Assembly (NCBI GenBank): GCA_040285745.1
Contig: JAUFOR010000008.1
Span: 992,001 to 1,056,000 of the forward strand
DNA from: Barthelona sp. PCE
Lineage: Eukaryota
Direction: 5' to 3'
Length of the DNA: 64,000 nt
A model generated the notes under the pieces. It saw nothing but the letters and a program-made list of their open reading frames with translations, was not told the DNA's origin and did not search any database. Shown here piece by piece: positions 21,801 through 31,191 of this stretch. Within the stretch, counting starts at the first letter, position 1, and each line of letters opens with the position of its first letter. Position numbers and translations under genes: made by a program.

Positions 21801-23673
21801 TTATTGTAACAACTCTGCTTTGATATCAGAAATGTATCCGATTCATAGTATGAACAAGGGTAAGTATCTGCCTGAAAGGAATGTGTCAATTATGTTACAA
21901 TCACTGTTAGTATTAATAGTAAGCTGTCTTTTCTTGTGTCTGTTTGGTGCTTTTGGAGTAACCAAAGCTTTAGATGATCCCATTGGGTCGGTTGACGGGG
22001 TTTGGTCAACTGTCTTAATAATTTTTCTAATATTCACTTTTCTGTCAGTGCCTATTACGATAGCTATCTCTGGTTGTGATTGTGATTCAAATTATTCTAG
22101 AAAGGAAAATATTATGATATTTTATGTTCTTTTCCTTTTTTTGTCAAGTATCATAGCTTCTTTTTATTTTTTTAACAATTCCAAAAATATAACATTTTTT
22201 GCCAAATTCTTGCTGTCCATATTGGGAATTTTGTTGATTTCAAAAGTATATGATGTGATATGTCGATTTCTAGATAATGTTAGTGTTGAAAAAAGAGTGT
22301 TGTGGATCAATTATACTGATTTTTTGCTATTTATTGTTTTTTTTATTATTATCAATGTTAAATTTTTTTCTTCAATTTGGAAACTATTTTGTATTATAAT
22401 TTTTTCAATATTTATACTGTATTTTATTCATTATATTAGGAAAGAAATAGATATTGTTGTTGAGCATATCTATATGGGTATAGTATTCATTATTATGATA
22501 GCAACCCTATCTACAGCTAATATACCGATCATTATCCATATCATTGTTATTATATTTACATTTTTTACATTACTACGTTGGGATGCTGTTCTAGAAATTG
22601 GATTTTTCTCATTCTTTACTTCATCAACAATTATATTAACTTATACAACTGCATTATTATTTGTGTTGCTTGGTATAAATGGTTTGGAGTTTGATGACGG
22701 TTATGAAAAGTTTTTATACTTCCTGCCTGGTTTTTTACTGGAGTTGATACAAGAATCTTTTGAAAGCACAGTTTCTGATTCATTTTACAAAACAAACTAT
22801 TGGTTTGTTGCCGTGTTTGGCGTGTTTTTCGGTATTTTAGGACTGGGTTCCAACTCTTTTGAAAACTTCAACTATTATTGGTGGTTTTGCTTACCAGCAG
22901 CTATTATTCTAACAGTTTTTTACATTTCTCTTTCTTTTGGCTCTGAAAAATTGGCGTTTAAACTAACTAAACTTGATGAAACCCTTGTTGAAAATCACTT
23001 CTTTCACACACTGTTTGATGATGACTACAAATGTTTAAAACTTAATAAGAATCACCAAAATCTGTTCACTCCATCGCACAGATCAGATGAGTTTCAGTTA
23101 ATCAAAGAAAAAAGGAAAGAGGAAGGTATTTATGAAAGAAATCTTATTTTGACTCCAATCCTTAAGATATTCGGGTTTAAACATGATAAATGTATAGTTC
23201 AGCAGTACATTGATCCAGTGAAATCGTTGGAAGCTGATGATCCGGATAGTGAAGTTTTTGCACATGACTTTTTTGGACTACATTCTATTTTTGAGCGTAT
23301 TGAGGAAGCAATATTTAAAAACAAAGATGATGTAGAGGTATTTTTATACATACATATCAATAGCGACGAAAATTTGGAAAAATTGAAAGCGAAGCTTTCA
23401 ATTTTCTTTTGTGCCTGCCAGTTGGATGATACTGAAGGTTTCGAAGGGGTCAACAAAAGCAATAGACGTTTTGAGATTGAGCATTCAAACTTTAATGGTC
23501 TTCAACTCAACAGCATGTTCAGTTTTTTGGTAACTTGGTCAAAGGAAAAAATATTTATACCATTTCACATATATATTGTTGGCAGTGATTTCAAAACCAG
23601 TACTTTCAATCAGAAAATGGAAGATTTTAATTCTAGAGAGTTTTATGGTGCACAAGCTGTTAAACAATTATAG
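18850..23673 (+). CDS. Large hypothetical protein with a C-terminal multi-pass membrane region
   Basis: 1607-aa uninterrupted ORF: about 1010-aa soluble N-terminus, a block of about 12 hydrophobic segments, and a soluble tail. Confidence 0.75.
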   Translation: MDVNFLRNNASKATENLNQLFERRVEELGLKSDDSLIFDSWVLLDLVTNSIIFMQKDQNFLTTDPFQSFKLEFNTTDTHSMYLNVRLPPGKHLFDFQIVFDNLIERNENPGLSFLPPSLPESTTPWIRHYFPNLMKGEWEKILMPDENNLFYFKDFYMVDDFAFIVKYFWLLFGHQDKVLRLIEKVLKYNTFLFDGVVEKLFNAFKHLDIESNGYTYNHVAIMRKLQNYDDRKSVSSVHFSNDTKHKLFIAKCICSISSLQDDKYFDWLNHEILRNIEGNSYNRNFLLEHCFQSLILDYYNNDKILDIFTEFLDSDKQGYWKSVQMDGYKPFIDLTAHKSHWKFFFDRFSSNDLFNCMHKQYILPILKYFFGSQDDRDPHFYFVSDRSYDESRIQTWTEGNEHTVLLGFDGKYFVTKTFSLGEIGEYELIPGVNENLSKCLTNVEEVSNITQREKEEVTWFFFHSFGQFSRTVENGERFRQFLEKLSEQGVNLSEYRAALKEELKYFASATFIFALRYFFEHDYTDEGTWKMDSFDARTELYCFVGSEDHVFLLNVLNPDIVNEPFKGCYQKCLDFFKRYFHDLKMHFNVLVSLSRRVILGIVNIFDKKKDSGQFIKSLNNFGRLSYDEWKFILSITHNYIVLKLAISISKFNVDPDGLLSYQQLSFLRTIWVSFYGGRYVKDLIEYCNSLIYQLFCSSHGRKIITDKGVGAGESSINDLVMMYSVENEDTVDKYKNERIKILKKLDLISIEEFTMGQNSFSVKCDKIPIMMPENVAKTVYRDYILAQLYHYSQSSIIIQGLCCSENNEFDFSIEFDVNTEAFRIVSSVYDLLSFINIRTTKDTNVLHEFFELHAYIENILLYVESLKHHDCFFSIINCKNDDDKYPLTKFVEENNYDILCKLTVCFTPDFFKTLDKKERLTFAIVAKKAGVWDNLSDEVKSCKCDDTNTSSHITCFADCAYTAEHLSNLKYIQNNIETNGDLIYCNNSALISEMYPIHSMNKGKYLPERNVSIMLQSLLVLIVSCLFLCLFGAFGVTKALDDPIGSVDGVWSTVLIIFLIFTFLSVPITIAISGCDCDSNYSRKENIMIFYVLFLFLSSIIASFYFFNNSKNITFFAKFLLSILGILLISKVYDVICRFLDNVSVEKRVLWINYTDFLLFIVFFIIINVKFFSSIWKLFCIIIFSIFILYFIHYIRKEIDIVVEHIYMGIVFIIMIATLSTANIPIIIHIIVIIFTFFTLLRWDAVLEIGFFSFFTSSTIILTYTTALLFVLLGINGLEFDDGYEKFLYFLPGFLLELIQESFESTVSDSFYKTNYWFVAVFGVFFGILGLGSNSFENFNYYWWFCLPAAIILTVFYISLSFGSEKLAFKLTKLDETLVENHFFHTLFDDDYKCLKLNKNHQNLFTPSHRSDEFQLIKEKRKEEGIYERNLILTPILKIFGFKHDKCIVQQYIDPVKSLEADDPDSEVFAHDFFGLHSIFERIEEAIFKNKDDVEVFLYIHINSDENLEKLKAKLSIFFCACQLDDTEGFEGVNKSNRRFEIEHSNFNGLQLNSMFSFLVTWSKEKIFIPFHIYIVGSDFKTSTFNQKMEDFNSREFYGAQAVKQL

Positions 23674-23721
23674 TATCAAGCCACATTAGAAAAAAAAACT
23701 GTAAATTAATCAAATACGTGT

Positions 23722-26700
23722 TTACTCATCTCTGATGCTCCTGAATGCCCTGATTGCATTCTCGACGGCACGGTTGCTGTAACACTTGCTCAGCTGATCG
23801 ATAAGGAAACCCTGCTTAGCAATCATGTGCTTGCACAAATCTCCGATTGAGTAGATCTTTGTCAGCTTAATGGTACGCAACAAAGGCTGCACGGTCGAAG
23901 GCACGTTGTAATCTGGCTTTAACAGATTAGCAACGCTGAACCTCAGCGATCTGGCGAACTCCTTCAACTGGGGGAAAATATCACCGTTGAGCAAACAGTA
24001 AACAAAGTACTTGACAAACTGCGAGTCATAGCGTGTGAGTGGTCTGTGGATGGCAGGCAGCTTGATATCGGGGTTGAGTCTGAACTGGGGTCGAACACCA
24101 ACCATGATCTGCTCCTCTTCAACATGTGGGGGTGGTGTACGGAGAGGTGGTGAGTATGAGCACATCTCCTCATCAAGAACGACGTGGTTTAGCCACTCTT
24201 CTTTGATCTCTGAGACACAAGAGAAGCGGTACGACGGCAGTTCTGTTATTTCATCGAGAACAGTGTACTGGTTGAGGAAAACAATCAGCTTGGGATAGGG
24301 AGACCGCACAAAACTGTTAGCAGTGATGCGCACCTCGTCCCTGATGGAACTTGAGAGATACCACTTTTTGCCCATACCACGTAACACACCGATTTGGTCC
24401 TTGAAACCATACAGGAACACCTTACGGAGCTCCTTAAACTGGGTCTTGCTCAGGGGCTGCAGGTGAGTGCGAATGCCCGAAACACGACGCAGCTGGTAGA
24501 GTACCTGACGGAATTCATTCAACGATTTCGAGTTGAGGTTGTAGAAGTTTGTGCCATCAAAAAGATAGGCTCCCAAAATGGCAATGATCGCCGAGAAGTC
24601 GCTCTTTGCGCTGGTCAGCGATTTAACAGAGTTTGTAATCTCAACGTACTCATCTTCATTGATTTTTGCGAGCAAATCACCAACCAGATATGTGTGAGAG
24701 ACTGCAGAGATGAGCACCAAAATGGCTGGGGCAAGTTCCTCGCAGTGCTGCAGACAGTAACTGAGCATGAAAACGAAACGCGGATGAATGGGCAGGTTTG
24801 TGTGTGCAAGAGGTGAAAGTGTGTCGCCGCTCAAAAAATGGAAGCGGCGAAGCGTCATGAGACTGGCACGAATGCGCTCCTGCTCTGGACGAACTAAAAA
24901 TGGGAACGAAGCAATGCTGTCAGCGCGGACACCCATTTTAAGGACACGCAACAGAAGCGTATCAAGTGGGATGCGCACGATCTCTGGCTCGTCATACTCT
25001 GCAAACTGGGACTCGAACACTGCGCTCGAGTAAAGACGCCAGCATTCACCGGCACATACACGGCCTGCACGGCCTGCACGTTGCTTGGCGGCAGCCTGCG
25101 ACGTCCACTGCGTTTCGAAGCGCTCAAGACGGGCGGTACCCTCATAAAGCTTGACCTTCTTGCGGCCAGAATCGACAATGTACCTAATATTCGGAAGTGT
25201 GAGGGAGGTCTCAGCAACGTTTGTCGCAACAATGATGAGGCGCGTGCCCTCATACTCCTTAAAGATACGGGCCTGCATCTCAGGTTCGAGCGAAGCATAT
25301 AAGGGGAAAACCTTGACCTTCAGATCGGTTGCGGGTGCTGGATCTGCTTCATCAGCGTCGAACTCGACGTTACCCTCGAGGATACGCACCTCCTCTTCCT
25401 CCTCGTGCTCCAGATATTCATCAAAATCATCCCATGTGAGATTATCCTTCTTATCATTCAACTGTTTCTCAAGATCATCATCAAGGGCTTTTTCCTTCTG
25501 CTGCTCCTCCTTCTCGGCGGCTTCCTTCTCTGCAGCCTCTTTAGCGGCATCTTTAACAGTTTCCATCTTGTCAGTTTTCTGGTCTTTTTCCTCAACTGCA
25601 GTGTCTATGTCAACAGCGTAGTCCTCTGATTCTGTCTTCTCGACCTCCTGTGCACCTTCCTCTTCGAGACCAAAATGCTCACACAGCGCACGGCACGTTC
25701 TCATGATTTCCCTCTTCGAATCGAGGAAAACAAGGATGTTGCCCTCGGGGCGGGTCCCGTGGATCATCCCACAGCGCCTCACAATCTCCTTTGACGCAGT
25801 TTCCTTGATGCCCACAGTTTTTCTCGCAAATCGCAGTGTGACTGGATACATGCGACCTTCGATCTCCAACAGACGGGGTTTTTCGGCCCATATGTCGCTG
25901 TCAACCAGCTCTGTAGTGTCCAATGTGGCGCTCATAAGAATGATCTTGAGTGGCTCCAATTTCAGTGAGCTTCGGGCCCGCATCATATTAATACGTGATG
26001 CAATACCAATGATAAGGTCAACGTTTGCATTCCTCTCGTGCACTTCATCGAGCACAAGCACCGCATAGTCCTGCAGACACGGATCTCTTTCCAAAATCTT
26101 AAGCAGCAATCCGTCAGTCATAAACCTCACCAGCGACTTGTCCTCGTTGATCTTTGTGTCGAAACGGGTCATGTAGCCAATGCCTTCACCGACGGTAATC
26201 CCCATCTCTTCACTGACACGGGAAGCACTGCTGATGGCTGCGAGTCGACGAGGCTGTGTGACCGCAATTAGGTTTCCCTTGGTTGCGGTCTTGTCCAGAA
26301 TGTCATCGCCGCAAAACCCGTTTTCGTAGAGAATTTGCGGAATCTGAGTGGTCTTTCCCGATCCAGTTTGGGCAACGACAACCACAACATCATTGTGACG
26401 GACGGCGTCAACAATTGTTGATTCGTGCTCCATGACCGGTAGTCGCATCCTGTGCTGTGTCATTTCTTCTGTTCGTTCAACGAACCTGTGTGTGTACTTC
26501 TTCTTGGTCTCGGGGAGTACAACCTCCTCCATATCCTGATGCTTGGGGATATCGGCGGCAGCTGGGGTGGAGGCCTCGTTTTCTTTATCTTCATCGGAGA
26601 AATCTTCATCATCGCTGATGAGATTTTCCTCAAAATCTTGGTTATTGACTTCCTCCTTCTCCTCCTCAAAGAAGACTGCTGTGTGCTTACGTGATGGCTT

Positions 26701-27021
26701 GACGGTGAGGGATTCCTTCATATCGTCCGTCAATGGTACGTTAGCCTTGACTAGCCGATCAGCCATTGTTTTCTCCTCACTACGTGTAAATTTCTGCCCC
26801 AATTTGCTGGAACTCTTGAATAAGCCCATGTGCTGTTTAGAAGCAGTTGATTTTTTGTGCTGCTCAAGCAAATCCTTGCGCTTCAGCATTTGTCGATCGT
26901 TAAATTGTTTTCGCTCGAAAGCTTTTCGCTTTTTAGCGGAGAGAGACCGCGTTCGCTGTGCTTTTCGCGGAAACTCGGGCATTGAATGGGGAATAATATT
27001 GTTTCCACGATTCTCTTGCAT
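23722..27021 (-). CDS. DHX37: DEAH-box RNA helicase DHX37/Dhr1 (SSU processome)
   Basis: AQTGSGKTTQ, TQPRRLAA, DEVHER, MSAT, ATNVAETSLT and QRAGRAGR motifs; RMRLPV N-terminal motif and acidic insertion typical of Dhr1. Confidence 0.85.
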   Translation of the reverse strand: MQENRGNNIIPHSMPEFPRKAQRTRSLSAKKRKAFERKQFNDRQMLKRKDLLEQHKKSTASKQHMGLFKSSSKLGQKFTRSEEKTMADRLVKANVPLTDDMKESLTVKPSRKHTAVFFEEEKEEVNNQDFEENLISDDEDFSDEDKENEASTPAAADIPKHQDMEEVVLPETKKKYTHRFVERTEEMTQHRMRLPVMEHESTIVDAVRHNDVVVVVAQTGSGKTTQIPQILYENGFCGDDILDKTATKGNLIAVTQPRRLAAISSASRVSEEMGITVGEGIGYMTRFDTKINEDKSLVRFMTDGLLLKILERDPCLQDYAVLVLDEVHERNANVDLIIGIASRINMMRARSSLKLEPLKIILMSATLDTTELVDSDIWAEKPRLLEIEGRMYPVTLRFARKTVGIKETASKEIVRRCGMIHGTRPEGNILVFLDSKREIMRTCRALCEHFGLEEEGAQEVEKTESEDYAVDIDTAVEEKDQKTDKMETVKDAAKEAAEKEAAEKEEQQKEKALDDDLEKQLNDKKDNLTWDDFDEYLEHEEEEEVRILEGNVEFDADEADPAPATDLKVKVFPLYASLEPEMQARIFKEYEGTRLIIVATNVAETSLTLPNIRYIVDSGRKKVKLYEGTARLERFETQWTSQAAAKQRAGRAGRVCAGECWRLYSSAVFESQFAEYDEPEIVRIPLDTLLLRVLKMGVRADSIASFPFLVRPEQERIRASLMTLRRFHFLSGDTLSPLAHTNLPIHPRFVFMLSYCLQHCEELAPAILVLISAVSHTYLVGDLLAKINEDEYVEITNSVKSLTSAKSDFSAIIAILGAYLFDGTNFYNLNSKSLNEFRQVLYQLRRVSGIRTHLQPLSKTQFKELRKVFLYGFKDQIGVLRGMGKKWYLSSSIRDEVRITANSFVRSPYPKLIVFLNQYTVLDEITELPSYRFSCVSEIKEEWLNHVVLDEEMCSYSPPLRTPPPHVEEEQIMVGVRPQFRLNPDIKLPAIHRPLTRYDSQFVKYFVYCLLNGDIFPQLKEFARSLRFSVANLLKPDYNVPSTVQPLLRTIKLTKIYSIGDLCKHMIAKQGFLIDQLSKCYSNRAVENAIRAFRSIRDE

Positions 27022-27037
27022 TTCATCATATTTGGGG

Positions 27038-27373
27038 ATGAGTAGACATCAACAGGATACGAAGCTGTGTGGGAAGCAGCAAGCGAACATATTTAGCGTT
27101 GTATGCCAGCGTTGCAGTGGGAAATGTATTGTTTGTGATTCACACGTTAACCTTGTCAAAAGAGCTAAAATGTGCATCACATGCGCAACAAATCAGAATG
27201 AGTCGTGTGTTGTGTGTTCAACGGACATTAAAGAGGGAGATCCAACGTTTCCCGGCGAGTATTGTCGCGAATGTGTACTTTTGGAGCGTGATAAGGACGG
27301 ATGTCCGGCAACTGGGTCAGTCAGCATTACCCGCATTGACGATTTCTACCACAAGCGTCGTGTGCAAAGGTAA
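27038..27373 (+). CDS. PHF5A: SF3b subunit PHF5A/Rds3
   Basis: MSRHQQD...C.KQ...CQRCSGKCIVCDSHV...C..C...CVVC...YCRECVLLERDKDGCP...DDFY; true ATG at 27038 inside ORF 26543-27373. Confidence 0.9.
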   Translation: MSRHQQDTKLCGKQQANIFSVVCQRCSGKCIVCDSHVNLVKRAKMCITCATNQNESCVVCSTDIKEGDPTFPGEYCRECVLLERDKDGCPATGSVSITRIDDFYHKRRVQR

Positions 27374-27776
27374 TTTCATATATGTTGAAGCTTTCATTTT
27401 TATGGTCTTATCTATCATCAGAAGCTTTTAATGTATACGATATGATCCCCTGTTGTGTGTACTATTGTTTTTCAGGTTGCCTTTCTGGAAACAGTAACTC
27501 CTTGTAAATAGAATTTTATTGAATTTATGGAGTGTTAAAGTGTTTATCGTATGTGGTAAGCCATATTTTACTTATGAAAAATCTCAATAGCAGAATATAT
27601 CACAAGATTCATGTTTTTAGCTTTCCGAAACGAATTTTCAGGCATCTAATCATGGTTGCAGAGGGTATAACCACAAAGCGAATTGTTACCGCCCACAATA
27701 ATCGGCTGTATATCCGGTTTTGACTTTTCTACTCTTTCTTCGCACATATCCACATAATTTTCGATTCACGCATCCC

Positions 27777-28127
27777 ATGTCGCTCACTACGTCCACAGAA
27801 CCGCAGGGGGAATCAGCAGCCGCGCCTCCAACTCCAGCATCATCATATTTCTCTTATAAGGGACAAAATGCAGCATTCTTTACAAACAGAGAGGGAAACC
27901 CACCCCCTGTGGAGTCAAATTCACCGTTCACAGGCCAGGCAGTCAATGAACAACAGAACATTCAGTTTAATACATCCGTAGATGCTATAAAACTTGTACC
28001 ACGGGCATTGGTATTTGCAAGCGATGATAACGTCAGGGACGAGAGTGACCAGCTCATCGACGTCATCCCTGTACCCAATGAAGATGTACTAAGTGAAGAA
28101 GATGATGATATCTTCCCAATTGATTAA
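27777..28127 (+). CDS. Hypothetical small disordered protein
   Basis: ATG at 27777 (MSLTTSTEPQ...), 116 aa, acidic tail. Confidence 0.5.
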   Translation: MSLTTSTEPQGESAAAPPTPASSYFSYKGQNAAFFTNREGNPPPVESNSPFTGQAVNEQQNIQFNTSVDAIKLVPRALVFASDDNVRDESDQLIDVIPVPNEDVLSEEDDDIFPID

Positions 28128-28149
28128 TTCGCAAAAAAAAATGTAAATA

Positions 28150-29802
28150 TTAAATATTGAGATAGTTGGTTAACCATGCAAGGAAGCGTTCGATGTCTTT
28201 GAAATCTGACAGATAACCTACACTGACACGAACAACACCATCAACAACCTGACTTTCAGCAAATCTGAAATACCTGTAATCGAGGCTTGCCTCACCACAA
28301 CCACAGTCGGGCACACCATACTGCTGCGGGTCCCACCTGTCGCTGGAGTCGATCCAGTACTTACGGAAAAGACAGAACTTCGTCTGTCCTTTGCAACCAT
28401 TCATATAAACTCTAGCAATTTCTTCCTGCTCCACTGCAAAGGCACGGCGCATGATGTTACACCCACCATAGTTGCAAAGACAGCCGGACCTCACCTTGAT
28501 GTTGTGCATTGCTGCGTCTTCCGCCACCTCTCTGCTATTTCGTATTGATCCATCAGAATTACGAACGATGAAGCTTACAACAGGACCAACCTCATCAAAC
28601 AGCTCATCTGCGTCGACGGGCTCGATGTCCAGTACATACAGGGCCTTCATTCCGGTCGAGTACTGGTATCTCTCAAGATGAGAACGTAAATAATTTGACA
28701 GAGCCTGTGTGTGCTTGTGAATGGCATCAAAAGTAAGCTTCCTCAGGTGGGAGAGACCAATGCGGATGGCTGGCATGAGGTCAAAGGCGGGTGTACCGTC
28801 TTGAAAACGGTTTGAAAAGTGGTTACGGAAGATCACATCCGTTGTGTTACTCCAAATAACCGTTCCACCGCCTGAATATGTCTTGACGAGCGTTGGTATC
28901 GCCTCCTTGCGAACAACCAGAGCTCCAGAACCAGTTGGATTACCGAACATTTTATAAAAAGACATGGGGAAGAAATCGCCTATCACATTGCTCAAATCCA
29001 ATGGAGAGTGTGGAACTGACGCAGCAACGTCCACCAACACGTACCAGTTGTCGGGGAGTTCCTCTTTGAGACGCTTTAAACGATCTACCGAGCTTCTGAA
29101 CCCGTTAAAGTTCGACTCAAGCGGGAATGCCAACAAATTCAAGGTACCAGACGGCTGGTTGGCGGATATGTCACGCGCTGTGTTCACAATTGTGGTTATC
29201 TGGGGTTCTACGACGGTTGATGATTTTGCATATACACGGATTGCAGTTACTGAGATGTGGTTGTTTTCAGTGTACATAAACACACCATTCTCACCAAAGT
29301 CAAACGATTCACCTACCAGTTTGATCGATGCAGTAGCACCAGAGGTGAAAACCACAGAGTATGCTGAGTAATCAGTGTTAAAAGCACTCAATAATTGATG
29401 AGCAGTCTTTGGGATCTCAGATGAGAACCCTGAGTGCGGATTGCCCATTAGATTGGAGAGCAAATACTCACCGTATTCATCTATTTGTGACTTAGCAGCT
29501 AAAGAACTACCTGTGAAATCTAAATACACAGGTGCTTTATGTCCGCTCAACATGGGGAACTGGAAATCTCTCAATCCATCAATATAAAGACGTGTACCGC
29601 TTGAATGAGCGGGATAACCATAGTCAGGGTATTTCTTAACGAAATGAGTGTATGAAGCATCGTTCTTCGGCGGAATGGCCACAAGTGCAAACGCCAGGGC
29701 ACATACTAAGCATAATAACGAAAGAATGACATAGCTTCCCCATCGCTTTCCCCAAAAAGACCTTTTCCTCATATAAAACCCAGTTTCAAGGTTCCTTGAC
29801 AT
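28150..29802 (-). CDS. Molybdenum cofactor sulfurase-like PLP enzyme (class V aminotransferase fold) with N-terminal membrane anchor and no MOSC domain
   Basis: YLDFTGS, GNPHS, FTSGATA, SFYKMFG (PLP Lys), GGGTV, FQDGT, RSGCLCN and VRVSVG motifs; TM segment YVILSLLCLVCALAFALVAI; ATG at 29802. Confidence 0.85.
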   Translation of the reverse strand: MSRNLETGFYMRKRSFWGKRWGSYVILSLLCLVCALAFALVAIPPKNDASYTHFVKKYPDYGYPAHSSGTRLYIDGLRDFQFPMLSGHKAPVYLDFTGSSLAAKSQIDEYGEYLLSNLMGNPHSGFSSEIPKTAHQLLSAFNTDYSAYSVVFTSGATASIKLVGESFDFGENGVFMYTENNHISVTAIRVYAKSSTVVEPQITTIVNTARDISANQPSGTLNLLAFPLESNFNGFRSSVDRLKRLKEELPDNWYVLVDVAASVPHSPLDLSNVIGDFFPMSFYKMFGNPTGSGALVVRKEAIPTLVKTYSGGGTVIWSNTTDVIFRNHFSNRFQDGTPAFDLMPAIRIGLSHLRKLTFDAIHKHTQALSNYLRSHLERYQYSTGMKALYVLDIEPVDADELFDEVGPVVSFIVRNSDGSIRNSREVAEDAAMHNIKVRSGCLCNYGGCNIMRRAFAVEQEEIARVYMNGCKGQTKFCLFRKYWIDSSDRWDPQQYGVPDCGCGEASLDYRYFRFAESQVVDGVVRVSVGYLSDFKDIERFLAWLTNYLNI

Positions 29803-29846
29803 ATAAAATTCTCGCTCACGAAGTTGGAAAACAAAAAAAGCGGTAA

Positions 29847-31013
29847 ATGCCTGCAAAAAAAGCGAAACAACAAACTCGAAGCACAAAACAGCATTTTAAG
29901 AGGGCTGCGCGAAGGTCCAGGTACACGAACGGCCCGCGCCCTATTGTAAGGGATACACAAGTCATCCTTTTTGCTATTGCTCAACTCTTGAAGCAGGGAA
30001 AACGAAAGTTTACTGCTCGTGAGGTTAAAATTGTCGCAACTGAAACGAAGGGGTGGAAACCAAAGAAATTAATTGAACATAACCTTATTAAGAAGGTGAA
30101 TAGTTCTACATATGAACTTACTGACTGGGGAATGAATCAATTGCACGATCTGGGGTATCTAACGAGCGTTCCACTGACTCCCACCAAAACAAATAAGCAT
30201 ATGATCTCAATAACATCATGTTTTCGTGAACAAGAAATTTTTGAGCGTCTAGTGAATTCAGGTGCTAAATGTCAGACAAGTCACCTCATCATTGCTGATT
30301 TTCTGTTCCAGCTATCTCCGTCAAAGGTATATGACTTTGCAATTGAGAGAAAAACTGTGTCAGATGCTATCTCAAGTTTTGGCAATGGTAAAGGTCGTCT
30401 TCTGGAGCAAATTCACCGCATGGAACAAATATTTACAAACATTTTAATTATACTTGAGGGATTGCCAAATGATGATGAGCAACAGAAGTTTTATGAAGTA
30501 TACTCTTATTTAGTTAATCATAAAATCAACGTTATATTGACAACAACGCCACAGAACACGGTGGACTTTCTCTGTGGCATCAGACAGGTTCTGTTGAGTC
30601 AGAGAATCAGACAATTTGATTTTGCTGAACTGGAGAATTGTTCCAAAGAAAGAGCTTTGAGCCATGTTACGATTACAGACATGCTGATGCGTATTCTGTG
30701 CGTGTGCCCCGGCGTTTCGGCTCGTACCGCAAAGATCATTGCTTATGAATACGGAACACTTGCTAACTTGTTGTCTGCACTTGATGATGATCCGAATATT
30801 TTAAAAGAAACTTATAAGACAACAATAAGTCGCAAAATATCGACGTTCTTTGGCTTTAGAAAAACAAAAAGAAGATTATTACCGGGAGAAAGATCAGATT
30901 TAAGGAATTCAGCCACTTTGTCTCAGGAATATGATTCACAGTCTCAAACATTCGGTACAAGGTCGCAGCAGTTCGATACTGACGTGAGCAAGAAGTTAAT
31001 CTATGTGGAATAG
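29847..31013 (+). CDS. MUS81: Structure-specific endonuclease Mus81
   Basis: Winged-helix segment (LIEHNLI...YELTDWG), ERCC4 nuclease (IADFLF, IERKTVSD, GRLLEQ) and C-terminal HhH (CPGVSARTAKII). Confidence 0.8.
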   Translation: MPAKKAKQQTRSTKQHFKRAARRSRYTNGPRPIVRDTQVILFAIAQLLKQGKRKFTAREVKIVATETKGWKPKKLIEHNLIKKVNSSTYELTDWGMNQLHDLGYLTSVPLTPTKTNKHMISITSCFREQEIFERLVNSGAKCQTSHLIIADFLFQLSPSKVYDFAIERKTVSDAISSFGNGKGRLLEQIHRMEQIFTNILIILEGLPNDDEQQKFYEVYSYLVNHKINVILTTTPQNTVDFLCGIRQVLLSQRIRQFDFAELENCSKERALSHVTITDMLMRILCVCPGVSARTAKIIAYEYGTLANLLSALDDDPNILKETYKTTISRKISTFFGFRKTKRRLLPGERSDLRNSATLSQEYDSQSQTFGTRSQQFDTDVSKKLIYVE

Positions 31014-31191
31014 AACTCTGTTTACGATTTGTCCTGCTACTATGCACAGGTTTTGGCGTTGCATTCATTTGTGTTTTTATACATTTGGATCACCGTTCTA
31101 TAGATGTAATCGGGACAATGACAGTACCTAAATAAAGAAAAGATGATAGTTTGGCAGATTTTTTGTTCTTGCGTTTTCTTCCTTTACCAAT

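Noticed and set aside
26543-27037. N-terminal 165 aa of the 276-aa ORF containing PHF5A
   Set aside because: It is the antisense of the DHX37 5' end; PHF5A homology begins exactly at ATG 27038.
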